Source: the human T2T-CHM13v2.0 reference genome, Homo sapiens
NCBI RefSeq assembly: GCF_009914755.1
Contig: NC_060926.1
Direction: 5' to 3' (one strand)
DNA length: 64,000 nt
The first letter of the stretch is position 1. Each line of letters starts with the position of its first letter. Positions 38,986-52,960 of this stretch are shown piece by piece. The notes below the pieces were generated by a model that made no database searches, was not told the origin of the DNA, and worked only from the letters and a program-made list of their open reading frames with translations. A program made the position numbers and the translations under genes.

Positions 38986-40074
38986 TAATGAGAAATCTGG
39001 TTATTGCAGGTTTGACCCAAAGGGGTTTTATTTTTCATGTCTTGGGAAAGCATCTCCTAATACTAACAACCTAATACACTGAATATCAGGATTTGGAGAA
39101 ATCATTGTGGTTGATCAGACAAATCTTTGTCTGGTAATGGTAACTCTTTCCATTAGCTCTGTCAGGAGCACACAATGCTGCTATTGCAAGTTTCTGTTTC
39201 TGATGTTCATTACAGAAAAAGCTGGGAAAACATGAGCACGAAAGACTACAGAATAGCATTTGTTCAAAGAAGCTACCACAGAGCAAACACATAGCAGCCG
39301 ACAAGTTATGTTGGGCCCCATCAGAAATAAAGGTGAGACTTGCTCATGATTTTTCTCACTGATGGTCACAGCAGGCACTGTTAACCAAGCAGAACAAGTC
39401 TTTGTCCTCTTGGTATTCACATGCTATGTTACACTGATGTTCAAACTCCTAGAGCCCAAAAAGGCTTTAGAGGCATTTACAGGCATTTACACCCTGCTGA
39501 GAATCCAGACCCTGTTATGTCTAATAGCAAGTATTTAATAGTTGGTCAATATGTTTGAGATTAATTAAGGGACACATCTGATGTTCATTTGGCAGATCTC
39601 TGGGCTTGCTATTGGTGTTGCAGCTGATGAGATATGAAAGCCTTGTGAGTCTGAGTGAGGGTTCAGCCTGGCCAAAAGGCTGGAGAAGACCAGAAGGTGT
39701 TGGAAGAGAGAGGAAAGATGTGGCTACCAGAGAGAGAAAACCCATGCAGGAAGACTTCATGATGTGCAAATTGGTCATCATCTTCTTCCCTGCGTAAAAC
39801 TTTATGGACATTTTATTACTCATCAAACCTTTCAAGGTTGGATATTTGGGATGATAGGGTAAAGTTACCACATGCTAGGTTTAACCTGAAGATGGGCAAA
39901 ACACAAGAACAGACACGTGGCACAGTAAGTAACTAAATCATATTTTCTTTGTTGATATTGTTTTGTTATAAACACCATGAAATTGCTCTTTCTAATCATG
40001 AATTAGGCTGGGTGACCACTTCTCTATTAATTGAAGCACACTGGTAAGTGCTAGAAGCAGTTTTAACTTGCTTT

Positions 40075-40560
40075 GACATATACTTCTAATTACCATCCAA
40101 TATCTATTTTCTACTTCCTCCATAAAAACAAAACTCAGAGTTTTAATTTAGAGTGATGATGTAACTAGCCTTCCACGACTTTCTCAAGCCTTCTTTTCAG
40201 CAAGGTATGGGCATGTGAATACTTAATGTCAATAAGACATATGCAGAAGTATTGCATGGGGTTTCCAGAAAAGTGGTTGAAGGGGTGTTGACTCGTTTCA
40301 CAGACTCTGTTTTTGGTTCTTCCACTTTCCTACTGCCTGTGTTGAAGAAGAGATAGCGTGAACACCAGATGTCATGTTTGTACAGGAATCAACCTTGAAG
40401 ATAGAAGCCTTGTAGCAAAGACATTTTAGGAGAAAACTAGGAATGGTGGCTGAGTAATTCATCAAATCATCACATGAGGCTTGACAGCCTACCTTTTACA
40501 TGTCTTTGTCTCATGGTTATTTTGAGTTTTCTCCTTTATGCAACCAAACTAACCTTAATT
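40075..40560 (+). mobile_element. Old MLT1J/K-like LTR
   Basis: GGGCATGTGA..AATAAGACATATGCAGAAG..TATGCAACCAAACTAACCTTAA. Confidence 0.55.
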
Positions 40561-43500
40561 TATATAATCATAGTAGCCCTTTATAAACAATCAAACATTA
40601 TCGCTTTTATATTTAAAAGTAAGGAATTCTGCTTACAAATGATTCCTAAGTATTTCCAGAGATTTGTGGACATACATGCCTTTAATACAGTAATTTTCTT
40701 AATTTTATTCAAGTTGTTTTTATTCATGTAGATGGTTCATTCTTTTATATGTGTTTAAGTCAACTTTACAGCTTTCCCCAGTGATCATTTTGAGTTTATC
40801 AAAATAAAATAAAATGCAGCCATTAGTAAACATTTACTTATATTTTGGGATGAAATTTTAAAATTTAATTTTATTGTGGTAAGACCACAACATGAAATCT
40901 ATCTTCTTAACAAAATTTTAGCTGTACCATAAAATATTAACTATAAGTACGTTGTTGTATAGTAGATATCCAGCAGCTATTAATCTTGAGTAACTGAGAC
41001 TTTCACCAGTTGATTAGTAATGCCCCTTATAATGCTTTTACTTTTAATTTTTTTGAGGAACCTCTATACTGTTTCATCAGAAGCTGCATCATTATGCATT
41101 TCCTCTAACAGTGTACACAAGTTTCTATTTCTTCACGTGTTGTCTAACAACTGTTCTTTGGTTTTTTGATATTAGCTGTTCTAACAGTATTAGGTGATGT
41201 CACATTTTGGTTTTGAATCTCATTCTTTGATGATTAGTGACATTAAGCATCTATTTATATACTTGTTGGCCATTTGTATGTCTTCTTTGAGGAAAGATCT
41301 GTTCAAGTCTTTAGCCATTTTAAAAATGGATTTTAAGGGTATTTTTGCTAATGAATTTTAGGAGTTTTTAAATATATTTTACAAATTAGTCCCTTAATTG
41401 ATATGTGCTTTGCAAATTATCCAATTCCATAGGTTTTTTTTTTTTTTACAAATTTCTTTTTTCTGTACAGCTTTTTAGTTTGATGTAGTTCCACTTGTCT
41501 GATTTTGCTTTTGTTGCCTGTGCTTTTGGTGTCATATCCATGAAATGATTGCCAAGACTACTGTCGTGTAACTTTGCCCCATCGTTTCTTCTGGAAGTTT
41601 TGAGGTTTTAGTTTGTTTATCTGAGCCTTTAATCCATTTCAAATTGATTTTTGTGTATGGTATAAGGCAAAGCTCTAATTTTGTTCTTTTGCATGTGGAT
41701 GATCAGTTTTCCCTGCACCATTTGTTGAAGAAACTATCTTTTCCCCATTGTGTATACTTGGCACTCTTGACCAGTTCACAATATGTGCATGAATTTATTT
41801 CTGGGCTCTTTTCTGTTCCATTGTTCCATATGCCTAGCTTTATGCCAGTACCATACATTTTTAATTATTGTAGCTTTGTGATATATTTTAATATCAGGAG
41901 GTGTGGTACTGACAGTTTTGTTCTTCTTTCTCAAGACTGATTTGACTATTTGGGGTCATTTGTGGTTTCACATTGATTTTAGAATTGTTTTTCTATTTCT
42001 ATAAAAAATGCTATTGGGATTTTGATAGGGATAGTATTTTGAATCTGTAGATTACTATGTGTTGCATGAACATTTTAATAATATTAAGTCTTTAAATCTA
42101 TGAACACAGAATATCTTTCCACATGTTTGTGACTTATTTGATTTTTTCCTCAGTGTTTTGTAGTTTTTACTATGTGTCTTTCATCTCCTTAGTTAAGTTT
42201 AATCCCAAGTATTTTATTCTTTTTTGTGCTATTGTAAATTGGATTGTTTTTCTAAATTTCTTTTCAGTATTTCATTCTTAGTGTATAGAAATCCCAATGA
42301 TTTTTTTTTTATTGATTTTGTATCCTGTCACTTTACTGAATTCATTTGTTAACAGATTTTTGTGGAGTCTTTAGGGTTTCCTATGTATAAAGTCACATCA
42401 TCTGCAGAGACAATTTATCTTCATCCTCTTGAATTTGGATGCTTTCTATTTATTTATCTTGCCCAATTGCTCTGGCTAAGACTTCTGGTATTAAGTTGAA
42501 TACAACTGGGCAAAGTGGGCATCTTGCCTTGTTCCAGATCTTAGAGGAAAATCTTTCAGTCCTTCACAGTTGATTATCATGTTAGCTGTGGGCTTGTCAT
42601 ATAGGGCTGCCTTTATTATGTTGAGGTAATTTCCATCTTTCCTAGTTTGTTGAGAGTTATCATGAAAGGGTGTTGAACTTTGTGAAACTTTTTTTTGGCA
42701 TCTATTCAACAATCATGTGATTTGTATTCTTTATTCTGTTAATGGGATATGTCACATTAATTGATGTTTGGATGTTGTGACCCAGGAATACTCCAACTTG
42801 TTCATGGTGTATGGTCCTTTTAACGCACTGTTGGATTCAGCTTGCTAGTATTTTTTTTTTAGTTTTTTTTTTTTTGCATCTGTTTATCAGGGATATTGGT
42901 CTCTAATTTTTTTCTTGTAACATCTTGGTCTGGCTTGGATATTAGGATAATGCTGGCCTCATAAAAGAGTTTGGAAGTTTCTTTCTCCTCTTCAGTTTTT
43001 TGAAAGTGTTTGAGAATTATCAATACTAATTCTTTAAAGCTATCTGGTCCTAGGCTTTTGTGGAGATTTTGGATTACTGAATCAATCTCCATGTCAGTTA
43101 TAGGTCTGCTCAGACTTTCTATTTATTTATGATTTAGTCTTGGTGGTTGTATGTTTCTAGGAATTTATCCATTTTTTCTAGATTATCCAGTTTGTTAGTG
43201 GACAATTACTTACAGTAATCTCTTGTGACCCTTTTCATTTCCATGGCATCAGTTTTAATGTCTTTGTTTACATTTTTGTTTTATTTATTTGAGTTTTTCT
43301 CTCTTTTTTCCTTGGTTAGTCTAACTAAAGATTTATAATTTTTGTTGGTCTTTTCAAAAAACCAACCCTTAATTTTATTGACTTTTTATTGTTTTTCTAT
43401 TCTCTATGTTGTTTAATTCTGCTGTATATTTCATTACTTCCTTCCTTCTGCTAATTTCATCTTTGGTTTATTCTTTTTCTAGTTCCTTGCAGTGTAAAGT

Positions 43501-45582
43501 TAGGTTATTTATTTGAGAGCTTTCTTTTTTTAATGTACACATTTTTCACATTAAACTTCCTTCTCAGTCCTTATTTATTTTCCTGCATCTCATAAGTTTT
43601 GGTGTCTGGTGTTTCCATTTTTGTTTGTATCAAGATATTTTCTGATTTTCCTTTGATTTGGTTTTTGAGTTATTGGTTGTTCAAAAGTGCATTGTTTATT
43701 TTCCACATATTTGGAAATGTTTAAGTTTTCCCCCACTATTGATTTCTAATTTCATTCCATTGTGGTCAGAAAAAAATACATGGTATGATTTAAATCTTCT
43801 TAAATTTATAAAGTGTTGTTTTATGAACTAACATGTGATCCATACTGAAGAGTGTTCTGTGTGCACTTACGAGGAATGTATATTCTACTACTGTTGAGTG
43901 AAACTTTCTGTATAGGTCTGTTAGGTCCATTTGGTACTTCACATTGTTTAAGTCTACTGCTTCTTTTCAATTTTCTGTCTGGTTGTTTAATCCATTATTG
44001 AAAGTGGGGCTGTGAAATCTCCTACCATTATTGTATTGCTTTATAGTTCTCTGTCAGTTCTATCAATTTTTGCTTTATAGACTTAGGTGTTCTGCTCTTG
44101 GGTGCATATATTTAGAATTGTTATATCTTCTTGGTGAATTAACTCTTCTATTATAGATAGATAGATATATATTGTTTTTCTTTATCTCTTGTGACAAAAT
44201 ATTTTACTTAAATCTATTTTTCCTGGTATATGTATAGCCACCTCTGCATTCCTTTTGTTACTATTCCCATGTAATAGCCTTTTCTAGCCCTTCTAATTCA
44301 GCTTATGTGTGTCCTTCAACGGAAAGCAAGTTTCTTGTAGACATCATACAGTTGGATTTTAAGAATCCATCCAGTTACTCTATGTCTTTTGATTGAGGCG
44401 TTTAATCCATCCATATCTAAAGTAATTATTAATAGGGATGGATTTACTATTACCATTTTGTTAATTGTTTTGTTTCTCTTGTAGTTCTTTTCCCATCTTT
44501 TCCCCTCTTGCTGTTTTCCTTTGAATTTCGTTAATTTTTTTTGTATTGCTGTGCTTTCATTTTCTTCTTTTTTTCTTTTGTGTAATTTCTACAAGTATTT
44601 TTTGTGGTTACCATGGGACTTACATTAAATACCAATAGTTATGTTTACTGTAAGCTGATAACAATTTAAGCTAAATTGCATACAAAGGTTATACTTTTAT
44701 CCCGGACACACACACTTTATGTTATCAATGTCACAATTTACATCTATTCATACTGTGTACCATTAACATATTTTAAAATTACATTTATTTATAATACTTT
44801 TAAAACTTTTCTTCTAGCATAAAAGTGACTTATGCAACAGTTACAATCAAGGAGTATTCTATATTTGTCTATAAATTAATCTTTACCAATGAGTTTTATA
44901 CTTTCTTATTTTATTGTGCTGCTGTTTAGCATCCTTTTGTTTGAACTGGAAGAGCTCTCTTTAGCATTTCTTATAAGGCAAATCTGGTGGTGATGAACAC
45001 TCTCAGCTTTTGTTTGTCTGGGAAAGTCTTTCATTTCTGAATGAAAGTTTTGCCAGAAATTGTTTTCTTTGTTGGCAGATTTTTCTTCCCTTCAGCACTT
45101 TGAACATATGATCCCACTACCTTTTGGCCTGCAAGTTTCTGCTGAAAAATCAACTGATGGTCTCATAAAAGTTCCCTTGTACACAACAGGTTGCTTTTCT
45201 TTTACTGCTTTCAAAATTATTTGTCTTTGGCTCTTTACCATTTGACTATAATGTGTCTAGGTGTAAATTTCTTTGGGTTATTAACTTATTAGGAATCTTT
45301 GGGCTTCCTGGTTCTGGATATTCAGTTCCTTTCCCAGATTTGGGACACTTTTAGCCATTATTTCTTTGAATAACTTTCTGGTCCTTTCTCTTTTTCTTCT
45401 CATTCTATGATTTCCATAGTGTACACACCAGTCCAATTGATGACATACCTTAAGTTTTCTCCACTCTTTTTTATTTCTTTTTCTTTTTGCTTCTCTGATT
45501 GAATAATTTCCAATGACCTACCTTTGAGTTTACTGATTATTTCTTCCGCTTGATCTAGCCTGCTCTTAAATTCCTCTAGTGA

Positions 45583-45954
45583 GAATTCTGGTGAGGCAGG
45601 AAATCTGTCCAATCCCATAGGAAGGGGGCTAAAGACAGGGAGCCAAGCAGCATTCTCCACTGGGCCCCACTTCCACAGATACTCAGTAGCTAAGACCCAC
45701 AGGCTTGGAATCCCCACCAGCCAGTGGCAGCAGACTTGAAACTGCCTAACATGAATGAGCTCCTAGTGGGAGGGAGGGCTGCCATCTCTGCGGCTCCAGT
45801 CGGCTGTTTTCCCCTGCCAGTGCCCAGGAAACTGGAAAAGATACTTGCACACGCATATGTATAGCAGCACAATTCACAACTGCAAAAACATAGAACCAAC
45901 CCAAATGTCCATCAATCAATGAATGGATAATGAAACTAAGGTATATTTTATATA

Positions 45955-46003
<49 letters not shown>

Positions 46004-46078
46004 CAGTTATATATATATATACACACATCATATATATATATACCTCAGTTGTATATATATATCATATATATATACATC

Positions 46079-46121
<43 letters not shown>

Positions 46122-46365
46122 ATTTGTAGATGAATTATTGTTGATTTGGTTTCTTAATAAGGAGGGGAAAGGATGGTCCAGGACTTTTTTGCCATCTTTC
46201 TGACTTGCCATCTTCAGACTTTCTGCCTTTTTCTTTGTAAGGTGTATTCTCTGAAAAATGTAATACTTTTATATCATCAGCAAAGCAATAGTAAGACCAG
46301 TTTCATCTATTATTGTAACTTTTAAATTTAATTTATGTAATCTAAAAAAAGCTGCCAACCTGGTA

Positions 46366-46417
<52 letters not shown>

Positions 46418-48048
46418 TGTATTCATATATATTCATATATATATTCATATATATATGAATTCATATATATTCATATATATATTCATATATATATGAATTC
46501 ATATATATATATATGAATGATGGAATAATAATCAGCCATAAAAAGGAGTGAATTAATGGCATTTGCAGCAAGCTGGATGTAATTGGAGACTATTATTCTA
46601 AGTAAAGTAACTCAGGAATAGGAAACCAAACATTGTATGTTCTCACTCATAAGTGAGAGCTAAGCTATGAGGATGCAAAGGCATAAGAATGACACAATGG
46701 ACTTTGGAGACTCAGAGGAAAGGGTAGGAAGGGGGTGAGGGATGAAAGACTACAAATAGAGTGCAGTGTATACTTCTCAGGTGATGAGTGCACCAAAATC
46801 TCACAAACCACTACTAAAGAACTTACATAACCAAACACCATCTGTTCCCCAATAACCTATGAAAATAAAAAATAAAAATAAAGAAATAAAAATAAATAAA
46901 TAACCCTAGAAGAATATCTAGGCAATACCATTCATGACATAGGCATAGGCACGGGCAAAGATTTCATGATAAAAATGCCAAAAGCATTGCAACAAAAGCA
47001 AAAATTGACCAATGGGATCTAATTAAACTAAAGAGCTTCTGCACGGCAAAAGAAACTACCATCAGAGCAAAAAGACAACCTACAGAATGGGAAAAAACTT
47101 TTGCAATCTATTTTTCTGACAAAGGTCAAAAATCCAGAGTCTATGAGGAACTTAAACAAATTTACCAAAAAAAAAAAAAAAAGAAACAACAACCAACCCC
47201 AATAAAAAGTGGGCAAAGGACATGAACAGACACTTCTCAAAAGAAGATATTTATGTGGCCAACAAACATATGAAAAAAAGCTTGGCATCACTGATCATTA
47301 GAGAAATGGAAATCAAAACCATAATGAGATACCATCTCACTCCAGTCAGAATGGCCATTTTAAAAAAGTCAAGAAATGACAAATGCTGGCAAGGTTGTGG
47401 AGAAATAGAAATGGTTTTACACTGTTAGTGGGAACATAAATTAGTTCAACCATTGGGAAAGACAGTGTGGCAATTCCTCAAATATCTAGAACCAGAAATA
47501 CCATTTGACCCAGCAATCCCATTACTGGGTGTATACCCAAAGGAAGATAAGTCATTCTACTATAAACTTACATGCACATGTATGTTCATTGCAGCACTAT
47601 TCACAACAGCCAATACATTGAGCCAACCCAAATACTCATCAATGATTGACTGGATAAAGAAAATGTGGTACATATACACTATGGAATACTATGCAGCCAT
47701 GAAAAGGAAGAAGATCATGTTCTTTGCAGGGACAAGGATAGAGCTGGAAGCCATTATCCTCAGCAAACTAATGCAGGAACAGAAAACCAAACTCCATATG
47801 TTCTCACTTATAAGTATGAGCTGAATGGTGAAAACACATAGACACAGGGAGGGGAACAACACACACTGGGGCCTGTCAAGTACAGGGTAGTGGGGGGAAG
47901 GAGAGCATCAGGAAAAATAGCTAATGCATGCTGGGCTTAATACCTAGGTGATGGTTGATAGGTGCAGCAAATCACCATGGCACACATTTACCTATGTAAC
48001 AATCCTGCATTCCTCTACACATACCCCATAACTTAAAATAAAAAAAAA
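45583..48048 (+). mobile_element. Composite L1: L1PA 5'UTR piece (45583-45835), L1PB-like 3' end (45836-46903) and L1PA ORF2/3'UTR (46904-48048)
   Basis: ORFs 47222-47428 and 47453-47824 are ORF2 C-terminus; two separate A-tails. Confidence 0.8.
46122..46370 (+). repeat. Direct duplicate of 49088-49340 inserted in a (TA)n tract
   Basis: ~7 substitutions plus one 4-bp indel over ~250 bp by manual alignment. Confidence 0.95.
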
Positions 48049-49339
48049 GTGTTAATTGGATACAAATGCTGGGGAGAATAAACTTCCTGGGCATGTGCAC
48101 TAAGAGACAGAATGGTGAGAAAAAATAGAAACACCTCCTCTATTAAATTTTTCAGTTCAATAATCTTCAGCCCTACAGTTTTTGTTTAGTACTTTATTAT
48201 ATTTTTATATCTTTGTTTAAATCATCATTTTGTTCATGCATTTCTCTCTGACCTCAGTGAACATTTTTATGACTGCTATTTTGAATTCTCTGTCAGATAA
48301 ATCACGTATCTCTACTTAATTGTTGGTGGTTTCCAGATAATTATCTTGTAGATGTTTTTGGAACATATTTATTCATTTCTTTGTTTTCTTTCACTCTCTG
48401 TGTTGGTGTTGGCACATTAGAAAAACAGCCATTTCTCCCAGTCTATGAAGACTGTTCTCATCAGGAGAAGACTCTCACCAGTCAGGCTGGTTGATTCTTG
48501 GGATCTCTCAAATCTTTGTGCTAGTTGAATCTGCTTTCTTTGTTCTTAGCAACCCCTAAGTGTCCAGATTATGCTTGTCCTACCGAGAGCTTTGAGACAA
48601 GTGAGACTGAATCCAGTTACCAGAGTAGCCCACATAAAAGTTGAATAACTGGATGCTCTGTCCAAACCTTTTCTCTCCAGGAAAAATCTGAGATCTTGGA
48701 TTTTTTGCCTGTTCCTTCTGTGCTAAATTGGGGGATGGGGCTGTGGCAACTAGTTGCATGCTCAATCAAACCACTGTCTTGTTCTCACTGGCCCATTGAT
48801 GTCTAAAGTATTCTGGTTCTCATCAGCCCTCTGAAACAGGCAAAACAGAAGCCATTTTTTGGGGTATCCCTCAGAAAAGCTGTAGCATTGGATGCATGGT
48901 CCAACTCTTTCCCTCTACAGGGAGAAGCTAGGAGCTGAGGGTTTCCTTCCAATCATATGGCATGGGCAGGAATAGGAATTCTTGCAAGAGGGTGTCTTGA
49001 TCTCCCTAACAGTTTCTATGTATCTAATTTCGCATTCACACAAGGTACAGAAGACTTTTAACCAGTTTCTAAATTCTCAGAGGAGAAATTTGTAGATGAA
49101 TTATTGTTGATTTGGTTTCTTAATGAGGAGGGGAAAGGATGGTCCAAGACTTTCTTTTTTGCCATCTTTCTGACTTGCCATCTTCAGACTTTCTGCCTTT
49201 TTCTTTGTAAGGCATATTCTCTGAAAAATGTAATACTTTTATATCACCAGCAAAGCAATAGTAAGACCAGTTTCATCTATTATTGTAACTTTTAAATTTA
49301 ATTTATGCAATCCAAAAAAAGCTGCCAACCTGGTATTCA

Positions 49340-49790
49340 TTCTCTTTTATAATGACATCCTAATTTTGTGGGCAGCAACAAAGGGTTCAGATAAAAACAA
49401 ACAAGCAAACAAAACTACATTCACTTGTATCCGTCAGTGATGACCAAGATTTTGCAATTCTGGCCAAGTAGATATAAGCATAGGGTAGCTGAGAGAGTGT
49501 TCTGAAAAACTCCTTTAAAGAAGGTGGACTCAGCAGGTTCATACCCTTTTACTTTTCACCATCTCCTTTACTCGTATCTGTTGTGAATATGAAAGCTGGT
49601 AATGCAGCAGCCATTAGGACCATTAATGGAAAGCCAAGAGAGTCACAGAATCCTGGACTCAGATATTTTTCAGCCGCAGGACCAGTGCCTACAAGTTTCT
49701 GCCTTTGGATATCTTATTGTGTGATTGGGCTTTAAACCCTCAATGTGTTTACATTTACAGGCAGTCAAGCAGACAAATTCAATTCCCAAG
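49340..49790 (+). mobile_element. Old MLT1K-like LTR
   Basis: AATTCTGGCCAAGTAGATATAAGC..GCAGCAGCCAT motifs. Confidence 0.5.
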
Positions 49791-50440
49791 AATTACATGG
49801 CTACAGGGAAAAATAAATACATAAATAAAAGGGAGGTAAAGTATCTATATTTTAGGAGGTGGTTTATAAGAGATGATGATTTTTCAAAACTATTTTCATG
49901 ACTGCTTCCTGCACTTTTAGTTGGAGGTTGGCAAGATTTCATTTTCTCATTATCCCCTCAATCATGAGAGAAGTAGTAATAATTTTATTCTCTTCTTTTT
50001 CTCTGGTTCTCCAACGAAGATATTCTCACCTGGGAAAGCTATTTCTTCACCTCTTACTCATAGATAATTGAGAGATAATGTCTCCTTGTTCTTCTTTCTT
50101 TGTTCCTTTCCCTAATATCTGACTTTTTCTTCAACATCCCATTACTTTCCTTCTTTTCTAGTTTTTCCCTTTGCTTTTCCCCCTTCTCTTATCTTTTCTC
50201 CATCTGTCATTTCTTTTCTTTAATCTGTATTTTTATTCAATGCATTTTAAAATATATATTACAACTGCTAGAAAAATAGTTATTATTTATTATTTTTTTC
50301 ATCACCCCAAATGCTTGAGTTACTGAAATTTTGGAAAATACAAAAAAGAGGCATTTTAGCAGTTTAACAGGTAAACACGATGACTAAGGACTAAGGGCTA
50401 TATATATATATATATATATAGCCCTTGAGTATACACACAC

Positions 50441-50474
<34 letters not shown>

Positions 50475-50671
50475 TATTGCTCAGTGTTCTTTAAAGAGAA
50501 GTTTTGTTACAAAATGGCAAGAAAATGTATTATTGGCAAAAAAGGAAAAAGGAAAGAAAAGAAAAAGCCCTCTTGGTACACATTTGATGCCAATGATTTT
50601 CATAGCATGATATGCTACTTACTGGTATAAAATACTAATGTGTGTGCATATGTATGAATTTAAAAATGTTA

Positions 50672-50995
<324 letters not shown>

Positions 50996-51051
50996 TTAAA
51001 GCAAATTTTCCCTTCTATACAGTTCTATTAGACATGATGCAAGCCCTTGAA

Positions 51052-51127
51052 AGTGCTTGTTAACTAAAATTATTTATCTAATTCTTCAGTGCTTGTTAAC
51101 TAAAATTATTTGTCTAATTATTCAGTG
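51052..51127. repeat. 2 x 36-bp tandem duplication
   Basis: AGTGCTTGTTAACTAAAATTATTT(A/G)TCTAATT(C/A)TTC occurs twice. Confidence 0.92.
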
Positions 51128-52039
51128 ATCTTGATATTGGAGATTTCAGCTGTAATGTCCACCTCTAGTTCTCTCCCAATTTGAAAGTAAAGTAAAGTAA
51201 ATGAAAATTGGAATAGCCATTCACCATCTTTACAATGATTTGTGTAATAAATGGATCTTGCCATAGAGTAGTTTCTTTAGGTAAATCTGGTGGGGAAATA
51301 ACATTGCCTGCAAATTATTTTATTACTTGTTTGTAACTTCAAAATCCTCTATCAGGTTTTAAAGATAATTTATGGTTTATTAGCTTAGGGTCATTTCATG
51401 AGAGCAAATGTGGTTTTCCTGACATAAAAATGTCACACAGTAACTAAATGAATATAAAATAGGTGCCTCAACCAAAAGAAACTTGGTTCTGACAGCCTTG
51501 CATTCTGAAGGGAAAATGGGCAAGAAAGTAAATTGAACTGACAAGGTGATGTAAACCGTAGATGGAAGTCTGTTACTTCATTAACTTAGCAAAAGATTTT
51601 GACTCCTCACAATACCTGTAATAATTTAGTAGCATGAGCTGCTTGGCCTCTTTGCCTCAAAAGTTATTTCCCAACATATTTCTGGAAGTAGTTTAGCACT
51701 ACCAAGTCATCCTGTTGTGACACCTGGAAGTAGGTAAAAGCAAGCTGTGAAAATGCCAAGAGTGGACATTAAGAATATTTTATTGCTTCAGTTAAATTTG
51801 GAAAGAAAAGAAGACAAAAACAGCAATACTCCCTAGTGCTGTCTGTGTGGGAGCCTGTCACTCTCTTCCAAGTCGACTTCTGCATGTTCTGCATTCCCCG
51901 GAGGTCTCTTTGTCATCTTCCTCCCTGTCATCACCACTCAATCCCTTATTTAAAAAGGAGCACATAAAGGGACCACACCATCACACAAATTGTCATTGTC
52001 AAGAGGAAGCACAGAATTCTAAAGTCTTTTCATTCAGTG

Positions 52040-52308
52040 CAAGCACATATCAGGATGTAGGTGCCATGAAAAATCATAGTGAAAATGGGTGGATCACTCA
52101 CTCTGTGTCAAGCACAGGCGTAAGCTTTTTATACCCAGCGTCTGTTTTATGATGTGCAACAACACCAATACCCTCCTTTAATGGGATGAGTCAATAAAGG
52201 CAGAGAAAAGTTAAGTAAGTTACTCGGGGTCACAGAGCGGGTGACAGAGCCAGAATTGGAGCCTATGCTATATAACTCCAGAACTCTCTCTTAATAATGG
52301 CCATACTG

Positions 52309-52310
<2 letters not shown>
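52040..52310 (-). mobile_element. MIR
   Basis: AAGGCAGAGAAAAGTTAAGTAAGTTACTCGGGGTCACAGAGC..CAGAGCCAGAATT. Confidence 0.7.
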
Positions 52311-52344
<34 letters not shown>

Positions 52345-52369
52345 CTATGCCTTGCTAAATGCTGACCTG

Positions 52370-52960
52370 GAAATTTAGCCTGTCACGTGCCCATTTGTTC
52401 AGCTCCTCCTCCTCAGTCTCTTTAATTCCAGCCCTATCACTGCAAGGCTGAGAGCTCCTTTAAATGAAAGGGCACATCGATTTCTAAGCAGCCTGAGGTT
52501 TCTGCTTGACATTTTTAGAAGTGTATTCCTTATAAAGCTGATCCTTTCTCAGTCCTACAGGACAATTAGAACTTGTCAGTTGAAGACACGGTGCATTATT
52601 CTCCCCTTTAACCCTGTCCTATTTGCGCTTCCTTATCACAGTTCACAGGCAGCTACTGATCTGATTATTAAACAGATAATTCACCCTGCTGCTCCTGCCT
52701 GCCAGAGCAGGAGCTCTATCTGTTTGGACTAGTTCAGCCCCATCTCTTTTGGGGTGACTCGGGTGATGCTAAGCTTCCCAGGGCCATTGTGTTCTGTCTT
52801 CTGCCTCTGACTTTTTCCCTGCTACCCACATGAGCTTCTGCTATGCTCTCTTCTTTCCTGTCCAGAAATCATGTAGTAAGATGCTTTTTGGCTGGAGACC
52901 CTGAAAGCAGTCTGAAGCTGCAGACCTTTCCTTCCTGTTCCCTCCAGGTGGTCAAGCCCA
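52370..52960. promoter_or_regulatory. Candidate enhancer (non-repetitive motif cluster)
   Basis: E-box CACGTG 52384; NR5A-like CAAGGCT 52443; GATA sites at 52631, 52674 and 52716; SOX CCATTGTG 52784; motif evidence only. Confidence 0.3.

Larger units (their letters stand above)
40870..49170 (-). mobile_element. Near full-length L1MA9-like element (interrupted at 45583-48130)
   Basis: 3'UTR TTTTATTGTGGTAAGA..; antisense ORF2/ORF1 (ORFs 42491-42712 and 45400-45717); GCCATCTT 5' end near 49161. Confidence 0.85.

Noticed and set aside
40855-40880. Possible TSD of the L1MA9-like element matching ~49287-49306
   Set aside because: Low-complexity AT match lying more than 100 bp beyond the apparent L1 5' end.
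45923-46203. Tyr/Ile/His/Thr-rich ORFs
   Set aside because: Translation of TA/CA microsatellites.
52670-52760. Double hairpin as an H/ACA snoRNA or pre-miRNA
   Set aside because: No H box or ACA at the expected positions on either strand; stems are short and bulged.
52925-52950. Polypyrimidine tract plus CAG (possible splice acceptor); a similar one at ~56943
   Set aside because: No matched donor or transcript evidence; common by chance.
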